Shown here piece by piece: positions 33,981 through 47,458 of a DNA stretch of 64,000 bases. Location: contig OZ218950.1 of the NCBI GenBank assembly GCA_965112735.1, positions 6,138,001-6,202,000 of the forward strand, read 5' to 3'. The notes under the pieces are model-generated. The model was not told the origin of the DNA and did no database searches. It was given only the letters and a program-made list of their open reading frames with translations. Made by a program: the position numbers and the translations under genes. Origin of the DNA: Phaeosaccion multiseriatum. Lineage: Eukaryota; Protista; Ochrophyta, other classes. Within the stretch, counting starts at the first letter, position 1; every line of letters starts with the position of its first letter.

Positions 33981-36900
33981 TTCTCCCTCTCGCACGGTGC
34001 GACGAGAGACGTGGGCAGCGCACGAGAGCAGCGGGGAGAGAGCCACAGCGGTGCGGTACCGCTCGCTCAGGGCAGTGTCTCGAGCCATTGGAGGGGCAAG
34101 CACAGCGGACAGCATCCACTGGTCGAAGTGCTTCGCCAGTCCCAGCCCCTTGCCTTGGCTCTGTCCAGTGCTCATGCTCGGTTTGTGTGTTGCTACCTGG
34201 GTGTCGGTGCTGCCGCTGCTGCTGCTGCTGCTGCTGCCGCTGCTGCTGCTGCTGCTTGTTCCACCTGTACCTGTGGCTCTGTGGCTGTGGACACCTCCCT
34301 CCAGCCCTTCCTCCAGCACCTCGGTCACCACCTGCGCACAGGCACACAGGCACACACGCACACACGCACACACGCACACACACGCGCGCACACACACACA
34401 CCCACAGGCACACAGGGGGGGTCAGAGCTTCACTTCAGGATCGTGTCCACAGCAGTCACGCACACGCACGCACGCACGCACGCACGCACGTAAGGGTTGC
34501 CATAGTCCGGGGATTCGGCTCAACCTCCCAACCTGTATCACCAACTCACTCACATCCAACCTGTATCACCAGCTCACTCACATCCAACCTGTATCACCAA
34601 CTCACTCACATCCAACACATACGTGACCCTAGGCGGCACGAAGGTCTTGAAGAAGCTTGAAATCTTGCTTCGCCGCCACTCGGAGTTGTGCAGCAGCGCC
34701 GCTCGACGCGCGCGCGCTCCCGCTGGGTCCACAAGGTGGCAGGACCACAGCCGTTGGTGATATAGCAGTGAATCCTCGGAGGAAGGGGCTTCCGTTGTGA
34801 CTCTGCTGCTGCTCCTCGGGGGAGGAGGAGGGGGGAGGAAGGGGTTCAAATCGTCGTCTTCCCCTTTGTCATATACCCCTGTATCACCAACTGCTCCTGG
34901 CCCTTGCCCTCTTCCTCCTCCTCCCCCTCCTCCTCCTCCTCCTGCACTGCCGACCAGCACTTCTCGTGGCCTTGCCCCCCCCCCCAATAGGCTGGCAGAG
35001 ACGCTTCGAAGCCTCGCGGAGAACAAGAAGCTGGCCCTCGCCGCCTCCACAAAGCCCCTCAGCGTCGCCAGCATGTGATCCACGGACCACACCTCCTTAC
35101 TGATGCTGCTGGGCCGGGAGCGGAGAGCCAACCGAAAGATGGTGCACCCCAGGGGGGCTCCATTGCGTATACAGCTGGCGACGTCCGCGTCAGTGTCCGG
35201 GAGGGAGAGGAAGGAGCTGAACTGGTCCGGGAAGCGCTCGAACACATCTTCCTTCGACACGGCGTAACGTCGGGCTTGAGGACGATCGGGTTGTACGGCA
35301 CTTGGTGATACCGCACTTGGTGATACCGCACTTGGTGACGTCCTCGTCGTCGCCGTCGTCGTCTGTTGGTGCTGGGAAGAAGGCTGCCCTCCGGGTGCCT
35401 CCTTCGGCCCTCCTCCTCCTCCTCCTCCTCCTGCTGCTGCTGCTACTGCTGTATCACCAACCGCCGTACCCGCCCCAGGCTTCTCCGCCGTGAAGAGGAA
35501 CTGTCCACAGGGGTCGAAGAGGTGAAGCTGCCGTCCGCTCAGTACTTGCAGGCAGTCTGTCACGTGGAAGAGCGAGCACAGGCCTTGGCCGAAGGAGGGC
35601 ATGCTGTTGCCTTTGCTCCCACCGCCGGTGCTGCTACTACTCCCTCCTCCTCCACTACCGCTGCGACTCCGATCAACTTCCGAGTACTGCGCCCCCCCCC
35701 CCTCCTCCTCCTCCTCCTCCTCCTCCTCCTCCTCCTCCTACTCCTCCTCCTGTATCACCACCGTAGGCTGTAGTCGCCAGCCCTGCTGCCGTGGCCCTTC
35801 GACTCCCCGGCTTGAACACGGAGGAGGGGGCAAGGAGTCGAACAAGGTCTTCCGAGCCCAGGGCCACGCCTTCGAGCACCACAAAGAGGGAAGGGCCTTG
35901 GGCGGAGGAGAGGGCGGGGTGGACGAGAGACTGGGTAGGGCCGTCTAGTGGGGGAGGGGAGGGGAGGGGAGGGGAGGGGAGGGGAGGGGAAGGGAGGGGA
36001 GGGGAGGGAAAGAGGGTGAGAAGCTGAGATGCGAGGTACTTCACACACACGACCCTATTCCGCCTATTCACTTCAGCATCATTCATCCTGTATTCACCAC
36101 CTCCCCCCCCTCCTTCCTTGTCGCTTCCCTTCCCTTTCCCAAGTCTCCCTGTCCCATCCTTGCCATGCACACCTTCCTTGCGTGAACATAGTTATACTTT
36201 TGAAGTATATATATTAAAAAAAAAAATACATAAGTGTACGTATTAGGGTATATATAATAAAAAAGGGGCACACGCATCATGCTTACCTTCAGTGTTGAGG
36301 AAGAAGCGCACTCCTCTCGCCCCCACATCCTCCGCCGTCTCAAGACACTCCGCCAGCCACGCGTATGCCAATCGGTTGGACAGTTGGTTGTCCCCTGTGA
36401 CTCTGCTGCTGCTGCCGCTGCTGTCAGCTGTGACTCCTCGGACCCCCGGCGGGCGCGATGGAGAGGCCTCAAGCATGGCTCGGAGGGCGTTCGAAGAGGG
36501 ACAAGGAATGGCCTGCATTGAAGACTGAGGGGGGGGGGATGGCAGTGGATGGGGAGAAGGAGATGGCAGCGGATGGGGAGGGGGTGGGATGACAGTGGAT
36601 GGGGAGGGGGAGGGGGGTACGAGGCAGCCCCTTGTCACACTCTCTCCTTTACCTCTTTCAAAGCACACACGCCCCCTCCCCCATACACGCAAACACCACA
36701 CGCACATGCACGCCCACAAACACACACGCACACATACGCACACACACACATAAACGCGCACACACACACTCACAAACACATAAACGCGCATACACACATG
36801 CACACACACATAAGCGCGCACACACACATTTTCACACAAATAAACGCACACACACATAACGCACACGCACACACATAAACACACACACACACACAAGCAC

Positions 36901-39900
36901 ACACACATACACACACCCACACACATACACACATAAACGCACACATACACACATACACACATAAACGCACACATACACACATACACACACACACACGTTA
37001 TGCTACGCACCTGGTCGGCGAGAAGGAGGTCTCTCAGGCTTCGTACTCCGACGGCAGCTGCGTCTGCATTGGACACACCAGGGTGCACGAAGCGAAGGTG
37101 GACCTTGTTCTGAGGGGGGGGGGGCAGGGATAGATCAGAGAGGGAGCGAAAGGGAGAGCAGATATACACACACATATATATATATATATAGACATGGAGA
37201 GGGAGAGGAAGAGAGAGAGTGAGAGAGATAGAGAAAGGGAGGGAGGGAGAGAGAGAGGGAGAGAGGAAAGGAAGGGAGGGAGAGGAAGAGAGAGATGCCT
37301 CTAACGTCGCTCACCCTCTCAGGCCTGCCGATATCCTTGACCCCTTGCGCCTGGCACCCACCCACCCACCCACCCACCCTCTGTCCTGACACCCACCCAC
37401 CCTCTGTCCTGACACCCACCCACCCTCTGTCCTGACATCCACCCACCCTCTGTCCTGACACCCACCCACCCTCTGTCCTAACACCCAACCACCCTATGTC
37501 CTGAACCCCCCCCCACCCTCTGTCCTGACACCCACCCACCTGCAGGCTCTGTGACAGCCAAGGGGCGTCATCATATACCAACTCCTGCGCCCTAACGAGT
37601 TGGTGATACGGATAAGGCTTGTCCTCCCCAGGCACGAAGATGGTGGCCCCTTTGATGCCCTCCTTCTCGGCAGGGGACAGACGACCCAGAAGCTGGACCA
37701 TGCACAGAGCTAGAGAGAGGTGGTCCTGCTGCTGCTGCTGCTGCTGTATCACCAACTGCTGCTCCTGTGGCTGCTGCTGCTGCTGCTGCTGCTCGCTTTG
37801 CTGTGTGCGGAGTGTGGAAAGTACCTGAAGGTTGCGGAGGGTACAGTGGGAGGGGTGTGGTAGCTAAGTAGCTAAGTAGCTAAGTAGGCAGCTCAGCTCA
37901 GAGCAGCTCAGAGAGGGACTGACTGAGGCCATGCAGCCGATGGAGCAAGAGAAGGAAGGTACGGGTCCATGGTCATGGATAGAGAGGGAGGGAAGGGAAG
38001 GACACCGAAGGACGCCTACTCCTGCCATTCACCTGAACAAAGTCGCTGGGCGAGAAGGTCTGGCGAAAGCCAAATCCTGACACCAGGCTCTCGAAGCACA
38101 GAAGCTCGGCCGGCACCTGGTAGTTTCAGTTGCAGTGGTACGTCAGTTTCAGTATCACTTGGAAGCGTCCAAGCAGCCAGTGCGAATAAACTGAAACTGC
38201 ACCAAAGTCTCAAGACAACAAGAGACCTTGACATCATACGCTTTTCTCCTCACCTGATGCAGGAAGGGCTTGGCGTTTGCGGGTGCGTGCATCGCCACGC
38301 GATCGCTCGACACGAAACCGTCACCGACAAACACCCACCGGGGGGGCGGGGATGGCAATCCATGGCTCCTGCTCCTGCCAGTACCAGGGGGGCTTCTGCC
38401 GCAGAGGGGGGCCGCTACAGAGGAAGCGAAGTCCGACCCAGGGGTGGAGGCCAGGACCGACAGTTGCTGAGCAAAGTTGGGCATCGGGGATTGGGAAATT
38501 GGGTATTGTTGGGGGCGTTTGTGTATGTCAGCGATAGGGCTCTGTTTGCAAGAGGGCACATTACCGTGTACATGTGTGTGTGTGTGCGTGTGTGTACGTG
38601 TGTATGTGTGCATGTGTGTGTTTGTCTTTTGTGTGCAGGTGTGCGTCTGTGTGTGTATGTGCGCATGTGTATCAATCCCCCCCCCCCCCCCCGTACACAC
38701 AAACCTGATATATACGAGGAATGATGCCTGCCAGCTGCTGCCGTAGCACCAACTGCTGCTGAGGCGCTATCTGTAAAGACTCATACTTGGCGGCCAGGGC
38801 AACCAACTGCTTAGCCAACACGCCTCCCGGGATGGGCACATCCCAGTGGAACATCTTCTTGAGCACAGGGGAGCGCACGTCCCCTTCGAGGAGACCGAAA
38901 CTGTTGCTGCAAAACCAAGCGTCGTCCTACGTTGGCGGAAGGCAGGGGAGGGAGGGAGGGAGGGGGAGGGGCAGTTAGGGATGCAGGAGGAGGAGGAGGA
39001 GGAGGAGGAGGAGGAGAAGGAGGAGGAGGAGGAGGGGGAGGAGGAGGAGGAGGAGGAGGAGGAGGAGGAGGAGGAGAAGCAGGAGGAGGAAGAAGAGGAG
39101 AAGGAGGAGGAGGAGGAGGAGGAGGAGGAGGAGGAGAAGCAGGAGGAGGAAGAAGAGGAGAAGGAGGAGGAGGAGGAGGAGGAGGAGGAGGAGGGGAAGG
39201 AGGAGGAGCAAGAGGAGAAGGGTGGTGGTGGTGGTGGTGGTGGTGTGGTGGTGGTGGTGGTGGTGGAGGAGGAGGAGGAGGAGGAGGAGGAGGAGGAGGA
39301 GGAGGAGGAGGAGGAGGAGGAGGAGGAGGAGGAGGAGGAGGAGGAGGAGGAGGAGGAGGAGGAGGAGGAGGTGGTGGAGGAGGAGGAGGAGGAGGAGGAG
39401 GAAAAGGAGACACAGATGGTAGCAGAAGGGGGGGGGGGGTTCGCATTCTCTCTCGCTCTCTTGGGACTTACTTGTGGCCGGATGGAGTGAGGAGCCCCCA
39501 TTCTCCCCTCTGAGGCCCCGCCGCCGCCTGCTGCTCCTCCTCCTGTATCACCAACTGGTACGGCGGCCCAAGGAAGGAGAGGGCTTGGTGGCTCACTCAG
39601 GGCAGGCAGCCAAGCGATCTGGCGCAACTCATCGACAAAGGCGTTGGCCGGCCGAGAAGGAGGCTCGCCCTGTCGCCGCTGTTTCGCCACCTGCTGCTGC
39701 TGCTGCTTCTTCTTCTCTTGCCGCCTCTGGCGCTCTTGCTCTCCCTCCGACAAGACCGCATCCAGGTCCACGACCGCCCCCGTATCTACACGTGCATCCG
39801 TTGGTGATACACCAGTAGGTGCAACACCCGAAGAAAAGTCGCCAAACTCCTCCTCCTCCTCCTCCTCCTCCTCCTCCTCCTCCTCCTCTTCTTCTTCGTC

Positions 39901-41348
39901 TTCTTCTTCTTCACCATACCCCCCTCCCGCCCCTACTCCTCCTCCTCCTCCTCCTCCTCCACCACCACCACCCTCCTCCTGCAGGTACCACTCTGCCCCG
40001 TCCCCCGCGCTCCTCAGCAGCTCCTCTGCTCGTAAGTCGACGAACCGCAACAGCTCGTGGGCACGCTTCCTCACCACTTGGGGTGTCGCTTCCTCCTCCT
40101 CCTCATTTGGTGACTTACTAAGAGCATCACGATGGGCAGCGGGCGAGGCGAAGAACGCCGCAATCGATCGCGCCCCTGTTCGTTCGTTCCACACGTGAGT
40201 GAGTGAGGGAATGAGTGAGTGAATGCGTGAGTGAGTGAGTGAGGGAGTGAGTGAGTGCGTGCGTTTGTGAGTGAGTGAGGAAGGGGAGTGAGGTAAAGAA
40301 AAGCTATCCTCTACTCCTCTCACCCTCGAGCACCCCCTGGCAAGTGAGTGAGTCCCTCAGACCAAGGTCCCTCAGACCCTCCAGCACCGCAGGAGAGGCG
40401 CACAGAAGAGAGGAGGGGAAGGCCTCCCCGCCCAGCAGCCGCCGCAGCTCGGGCACCTAAGCATGATGACGATAAGATGGGGTTGGCAGTGGATGGGCGA
40501 TGGGGGATGGGGAGTGGACAGGGGATGGGAGTGGAAGGGCAGTGGATGGCAGAGGATGGCAGTGGATGGGCAGGGGAGGGGGGATGGCAGTGGATGGGCA
40601 GTGGATGGAAGAGGATGGCAATGGATGGGTAGGGGAGGGGGGATGGCAAAGAGTGAGGGATGGCAGTGGATGGACAGGGGATGGAAGAGGATGGCAATGG
40701 ATGGGCAGTGGAAGGATCTGGGCTGAGACCAAAGGGAGAAGGCAGTACATGGGGCGACGACCGACCTGTGGGTCATAGAGCTGAGCAGGTAGGCAGTAGT
40801 CGCCAAGCCCGTTGGGTACGAAGGGCGTCGATCGGAGCGTGTCAAGCAGACTCGGATCGTCTCTACTGAGGTCCGAGAGCTCCACCAGCATCCTGTACGC
40901 CGCCCTGTCCAGGCTCGCCTTCCCCTTGGGCACCATCCCAGGGTCAGAAACCCTCCCCGCTCCTGTCCTTGCTCTTCCTCCTCCTCTGCTGCTCGCACCC
41001 GCCCCACAAGCAGCAGTTGGTGATACTGCGGCCATGCGGGGCACGACGAAGCCCTTGTAAAAGGCGCCCCTCTCCAGCCTTTGCACCCCCAAGAAAGAGC
41101 ACAGCGCCACCGCCGCAGCGTCTCCATCGGGCAGGCAGAGGAAGCAGCTACTCTCCCCATCCACTGCCATCCCCCCTTCCCTCCCTTCCTTCAGGTCCAT
41201 GAGTAGAGCAGGGTCGGTACCCTCAGGGGCGAGGTATACGCGTCTCTGTCTGTCGTCGCTGTCGTCGTCGTGGTTGGACAACATGTCGGAGTACACAACC
41301 GGCACTGGTGTTGGTGCTTCACGTGTTGGTAGTACACTGCTGCTGGTG

Positions 41349-41379
<31 letters not shown>

Positions 41380-41852
41380 CTGACTGTAGAGCAGCATCCG
41401 AGGCTCCTTCTGAGGAGGAGGAGGAGGAGGAGGAGGGATACATGGGGTATATGGGCAGGGCGCGAAGGAGAGACACCAGACAAGGGTCCAGGCCTCCCAG
41501 TGGAGAGTCTTGGAACATGTTGTGCTGTGTCTTTGAGTCTCCCCGGCTCTGCCCCTGCTGCCGCAGGAGGGGCGATGCGAGGTGGCTGCTGACACGGCTG
41601 CTGCCCCCTGGCTGGCGTCGTCCCCCACCCCCACCTCCACCCTGCTGCTGCTGTATCACCAACTGCTGCTGTTGCGCTGCATGCACCTCCCGGCTGAAGA
41701 AGACGCGAAGAGCGTCCCTTCCTTCGCTGGCCATTCCACGGAACACCTTCCTGATTCGACTCAGTGTGTCTGCGTGCAGATGCCCATGCTCCTGTCCCTG
41801 CCCCTGCTGTGGGAGAGGGGCGCTGGCATCCAAGATACCGAAGGCCGCCCTG

Positions 41853-41889
<37 letters not shown>

Positions 41890-44800
41890 GTGGGACGTGG
41901 GGAAGGGGAGAGGAGGGGTATAGGGGTATATATGTTTAGGTTGTGCAGGTGGTGTGCCAAGGGTGGAATGTTTGGTAAGCCAAGCCTCGCCAAGCGCCAA
42001 TCATTGACTGACAAACCTCACCTGCCCGTCCCTACCTGTCCACGCGCCAAGCCACGTACCGTTCCATCTCTACCAAACCACCCCAGCCCCCCCCCTCCTC
42101 CCCTCCCTCATTCCCTCATTCCCTCCTCCCTCCTCGTCCCCCTCTCACTCCCTCACAACCAAACCCCTCTCCTCCCCTCCCTCATTCCCTCCTTCCTCCT
42201 CGTCCCCCTCTCACTCCCTCACAACCAAACCCCCCTCCTCCCCTCCCTCATTCCTTCCTCCCTCCTCCCTCCTCGTCCCCCTCTCACTCCCTCACAACCG
42301 AACCCCCCTCCTCCCCTCCCTCATTCCTTCCTCCCTCCTTCCTCCTCCTCCCATTCTCACTCCCTCACCTGAGTGCGTTAAGGACCCCCCCCACGTCGCA
42401 CTCGTTAACGTAGCTCAGCACGAGGGGGTTGAGGGCCGCGTTATGACCGAGCGCGGCGGAGTCCAGGACCCACACACCGAGCTGAGAGAGGACCGTCCGC
42501 AGGGCGGGGGGCATCTTCATCATATCAGTGTTGGTGCTATTGCTGTTGTTGGTGGTGTTGGCGTCGTTGCTGTTGGTGTTGGTGTTGGTGTTGGTACCGT
42601 TGTTGCCGCCATCTGTAGACGTTGTGAGTCTCGAGCCTCTCGAGGAGGTTAGTAGGGATGACGACGACGATGATGATGATGATGCTGAGGATGCTGAGGA
42701 TGGCAGTGGATGGGAGGAGGAGGAGGAGGAGGAGGCCCTACTACTCAGCGGGCTTACGACGGGCATGCCCTTGGAGAGAGCAAGGAGCACTCTCACTTTG
42801 TCCGTGCCTACCCCACCGACGGCGGGCAGCACCGGCCACCCCCCCTCTTCGAACAGCGACAACGTGCTGCTGCCGCTACCTGTCATTCTGCCATCTGTGA
42901 CTCCGCTGCTGCTGGATGTAGAGCTGCTGCTGTGGCTGCTGTTGCTGTTATTGCTGTTGTTGATGCTACTACTTCCGCCCTCTGTAATGTACCGCCACAA
43001 CAGCGCGATCCACTCCTCCGAAGGCTGACGGGGACGCACATCGCCTAAGCCAGGCGCCCAGGCCACCTGCATGCAAGGGTCGGAGGATGGAGGCATCGTA
43101 ATACAAGGTCGTTTGAGTTTGAGTTTGAATTTGAGTTCAAATTCGAGTTCGACTGTTTGACTTTGACTTTGAGTTTGAGTTTGTTTGACCTGATCTTCCA
43201 GCAGACTCCCTGCTACAGGTAGGGGCCCGCCCTTTCTGGGGTGGGCATCTGAGCTCTCGAGTGAGGGACTCACATACGCTCAAGCCTCCACTCACTCGCT
43301 CGCTCACCCACCCCAAGCCCCCGGTGCTGGCGATTGATGTATCGAGTCAAAAGAACTTGAAAAGAGCACACCCCTCTCCCTCCCTCCCTCACCCACTCCC
43401 TCCCTCACTCACTCACTCACTCACTCACTCACTCACTCACACTGCACCCCACCAAACGCCGCTCACCAGGCGGGCCCAAGACACACACACAAACAAGTAC
43501 GTAATGCTTAGGTTGATTCCCATAGGGTCAACATAATGTAACCGCCCACTCACCAATGAAACTCCATGCCAGGCCTGGGGCAGCACGAGACGAAGCAGCG
43601 ACACGAAGGCCGGACTCGTCAGTGGCCCGACGTTACTCAGGGAGTGCAGGCGGGGGTCGGAGAGCAAAGAGCGGAGAGGGGGAGGGAGGTCCTCCAGGGG
43701 CTCGATCAAGAACTTTCCAGCTCCACTGCCCGATGTGAATGTTGCGCCTCCACTCCCGCTGCTGCTGCTGCTGCCCTTGCTGCTGCTGCTGCTCTTGCTG
43801 CTGCTGCTGTTGGTGATACCACTGCTTGACTCCTCTTGCTTAAGCGCGAGAGAGTCCAGGTCCACAAGAAGGGTACGCTCCAGCGGAGAGGACAGGAAGA
43901 AGGAGGCAACAGCACCACCTTCCCCCCCTCTTCCTCCGGTGCCAGCTGTGACAATACCACCACCACCACCACTACCACCGCCACCTCCTCCTCCTCCTCC
44001 TCCTCCTCCTCCTCCTTCGTCGCACCCACTCCCGCTACTGCTCGAGGGAGAGGAAGAAGGAGGGGCAGTAATGCGGGCGAGGCCGCCGTCCGCCAGAGGC
44101 AAGAAAGGCATCCCGAGCAGCTCCGAGTACGTCTCAGGGGTTAGGTCCGAGGCCACCAGAGACAGCAAGAATAGCGCATTGCTCCGTCCCCGCCCCGGTG
44201 GAGCACCAGGGATGGCACCAGACAGGCAGTCGTGAGGCCGCTGGCGTCGGAAGTGCGTCCTCAGGAATGCCGGTGTGGCCTCTGCGCCGAAGCATTTGTG
44301 CTTGACGAGAACGCGTAGGAGCGGGGCAGGCAGACGCACCACGGGAACACCCTCCTCCAGGAGGATGTCGTAAATGCCCCTCTCTGACTGCTGCTGCTGG
44401 ATCACCAATTGCTGCTGCTCCTCCTCTGCCGTCTGTGACTCTCCCTTCTTGTCTGTGGCTGCTGAATCACTAACTGTTACGGCTTTCATCGCCTCCGGAG
44501 CAGAAGCAGCAGTAGTAGCAGCAGCAGCAGCACTCATACTAGAGCCACCAGATGACACCACCTCCCCCTCCACCACGACGCAGCGGGCCGGACTCAGCCA
44601 CACCCCCCCCTTGACAGCCGAGTACATGACCGGCCTGTCCCTTAGAGAAGTGAGCATAGAGGCCATCACCACCGACCACGGCTTTGGCACGGGGGTCAAG
44701 GGGAGGAGGGAGAGGGCCTGGGGGCCGAAGCCGAGCATCTGAGCCGCCTCCTGTGCTCGAGGAGGGGGATGGAGGGAGGGAGGAGGGGGGGAGGGAGGGA

Positions 44801-47363
44801 GGGACGGACGGAGCAAAGGAGAGAAACGGAGAAGGTTGAGGGATGTAGGGTGTAGCAGATGACGATTCACACTCTCCCCTCTCCTGTTCCTTCGTTCCTC
44901 CTACCCTCCCCCCCTCCGTTCCTCCCTTCCCAACCCTTCCTCTCCCCTCTCCTAGCCCGCCCGCCCGCCCGCCCTCCCTCCCTCCCTCCCTCCCTCCCTC
45001 CCTCCCTCCCTCCCTCCCTCCCTCCATCCCTCCCTCCCTCCATCCCTCCCTCCCTCCATCCCTCCCTCCGTTCCTCCCTTCCCAACCCTTCCTCTCCTCT
45101 CTCCTAGCCCGCCCTCCCTCCCTCCCTCCCTCCCTTCCTCCCTTTCTTCCTCCCTCCCTCCCTCCCTATCTCTCTCTCTCACCTGAAAGAGGTGCGCGTA
45201 GATAGGTCCAATAACGTCGCGCATAAGGTAAAAGTTCCACTCGCTCCGTCTCTTGCCCTCCCCTGCCATGTCCTCTCCGAACCAAATGTCTCTGCGATTG
45301 CTGCTCAGCTCAAAGTACCTGAGGGAGGGAGGGAGGAAGGGAGGGAGTGAGTGAGTGAGGGAGAGGGAGGGGGGGAGTTAGTGAGGAGTGAGTGCGTGAA
45401 AAGTGAATGAGTGAGCCCTGAATGAGTGAACCCTTCCTTCCTTGATTCCCCTGTTTCCTTCCTCCTTCCTCCTTCCTCCTCCCCTCCTCCTCCATTCCTC
45501 ACACTCCCCCCCCCCTATCCTTCCTCCATCTTTCCCTCCCTCCCTCCCTCCCTCCCTCCCTCCCAACCCTCCACCCACCCATTGATGTGCACCGGCATGT
45601 GCACGCCCACAGGGAGCGGCAGGAAGCAAAAGCCCATTCCCTGCAGAGGCGCGTCGGAAGGCCTCGACAAGAGCGTGCCATTGCGGCGAATGTGCGCAGC
45701 GGCCCCGCCCCAGGGGATAAACTTCATGTGCCTGTGATTAGTTTGGGGCGGAAGGAGAGGGGGAGAGAGAGAGACCTATCAAAAAAAGGAGGAACAGTAC
45801 AGTTTCGAGTTTCGATCAGAGTGTCGATGTAAAAAATCGCTCATGTCGGACTCAGTATCGAACATATCTATATATCAATGTCGACACCATACCCACCTGT
45901 GCTTGGGGTCGCACGCCATGGTCCTTGCCTGCCCTCCTCCCAAGCCCACACACACCAGGAACTCGTCCACCGTCTCCGTCGGGCCTGTATCACCAACTGC
46001 TGCTGCCGTATCACCAACTGCTGCGGCTGCTCGCTCACCCCTGGACTCTGCTACAGCCATGGCCACCTCTGCATCCAGCTCCTCCTCGTCTTCACCATCT
46101 GTGATCCCCGTCTCGCTTCCTCCCCTCCCGTCTCCTCCTCCTCCTCCTCCTCCTCCTCCCGACAAAGCTGCTGCCCCCTCCTTCTTCGCCTGCTGTATCA
46201 CCAACTGCTTCCCTCCCTTACCCCCCTTGCCCTCTTCCTCCCTAAAGGAGATGGTGACAGTGCGTACCACCGTAGGCAGGTCCTCTTGCGGCGTCTGCTG
46301 AAGCTTGGCATAAAAGCCCTCTTTGGAGAGTGGGGAGGAGGGGCTGCCGTAGATGAAGCGAGGGATGGCATCCCAAGGGTTGAAACCGTCGCCGTCGGAT
46401 ACACTACGCGTCACGTGGTACTGGGGGAGGGAGGAGGGGGGGAGGGAGAGCAGGGTGAGGTTTGTGTGTGTGTGTGCGTGTGTGTGCGTTTGCTTGTGTG
46501 TGTGCGAGAGAGAAAAGTGAGAGAGAGACGCACTCACCCACCCACCCACCTACCCTGTCCTGACACCAACCCACCCTCTGTCCTGACATCCACCCACCCT
46601 CTGTCCTGACACCCACCCACCCTCTGTCCTCACACCAACCCACCCTCTGTCCTGACACCCACCCACCCTCTGTCCTGAAACCCACCCACCCCTCTGTCCT
46701 GACACCCACCCACCCTCTGTCCTGACACCTACCCACTCTCTGTCCTGACACCCACCCACCCACCCACCCACCCTCTGTCCTGACACCCACCCACTCTCTG
46801 TCCTGACACCCACCCACCCACCCACCCACCCACCCTCTGTCCTGACACCCACGCACTCACCTGCAGTCTGGGTTCTGTGTCCCCATCCTCCAAGAGATAC
46901 ACCTCCACGCGGCTAACGTGGCGAAGGAAGAGCAAGAAGCGATGTGCCTGCTCCTTGAACTGAGTGAGTAGGCTGTGTACATCGCGCGTGTCCTCGTAGC
47001 TGGCTTGACTGATCTCGCTGTCCCTCGCCTATGTTGCAATGAGGCCGGTGGTGGGCGGGTGGGTTTTAGTGTAGGTTTGATGCAAGAGATAGACTGAATG
47101 GACTGATGGTGCGGGTGTGCCGAGGCTCAGAGTCAGTTAGGTTAACGTTAGTTAGCAAGAAGGAGAGGAGAGAAGAGAAGAGCAGAGCAAAGCATACTTT
47201 TCTGTCAACAAGGCACACTATCATGGTGTTCGATACTGACAATCCTGGTAAGGTCACATCAACTGAAAACGAAAACTAAGTGTAGTTCACAACACGTGAT
47301 CATGACAAGACACTACTTCGTAGTACATAACACTACAAAAAAAACCACCCACATACACACACG

Positions 47364-47458
<95 letters not shown>

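Noticed and set aside
38960-39410. Long poly-Glu, Pro, Ser, Arg or Gly ORFs here and at 24780-25050, 32085-32350, 54200-54335 and 56900-57100
   Set aside because: These are (GAG)n microsatellites inside GT-AG introns of the sacsin gene; they are open only because they lack stop codons.
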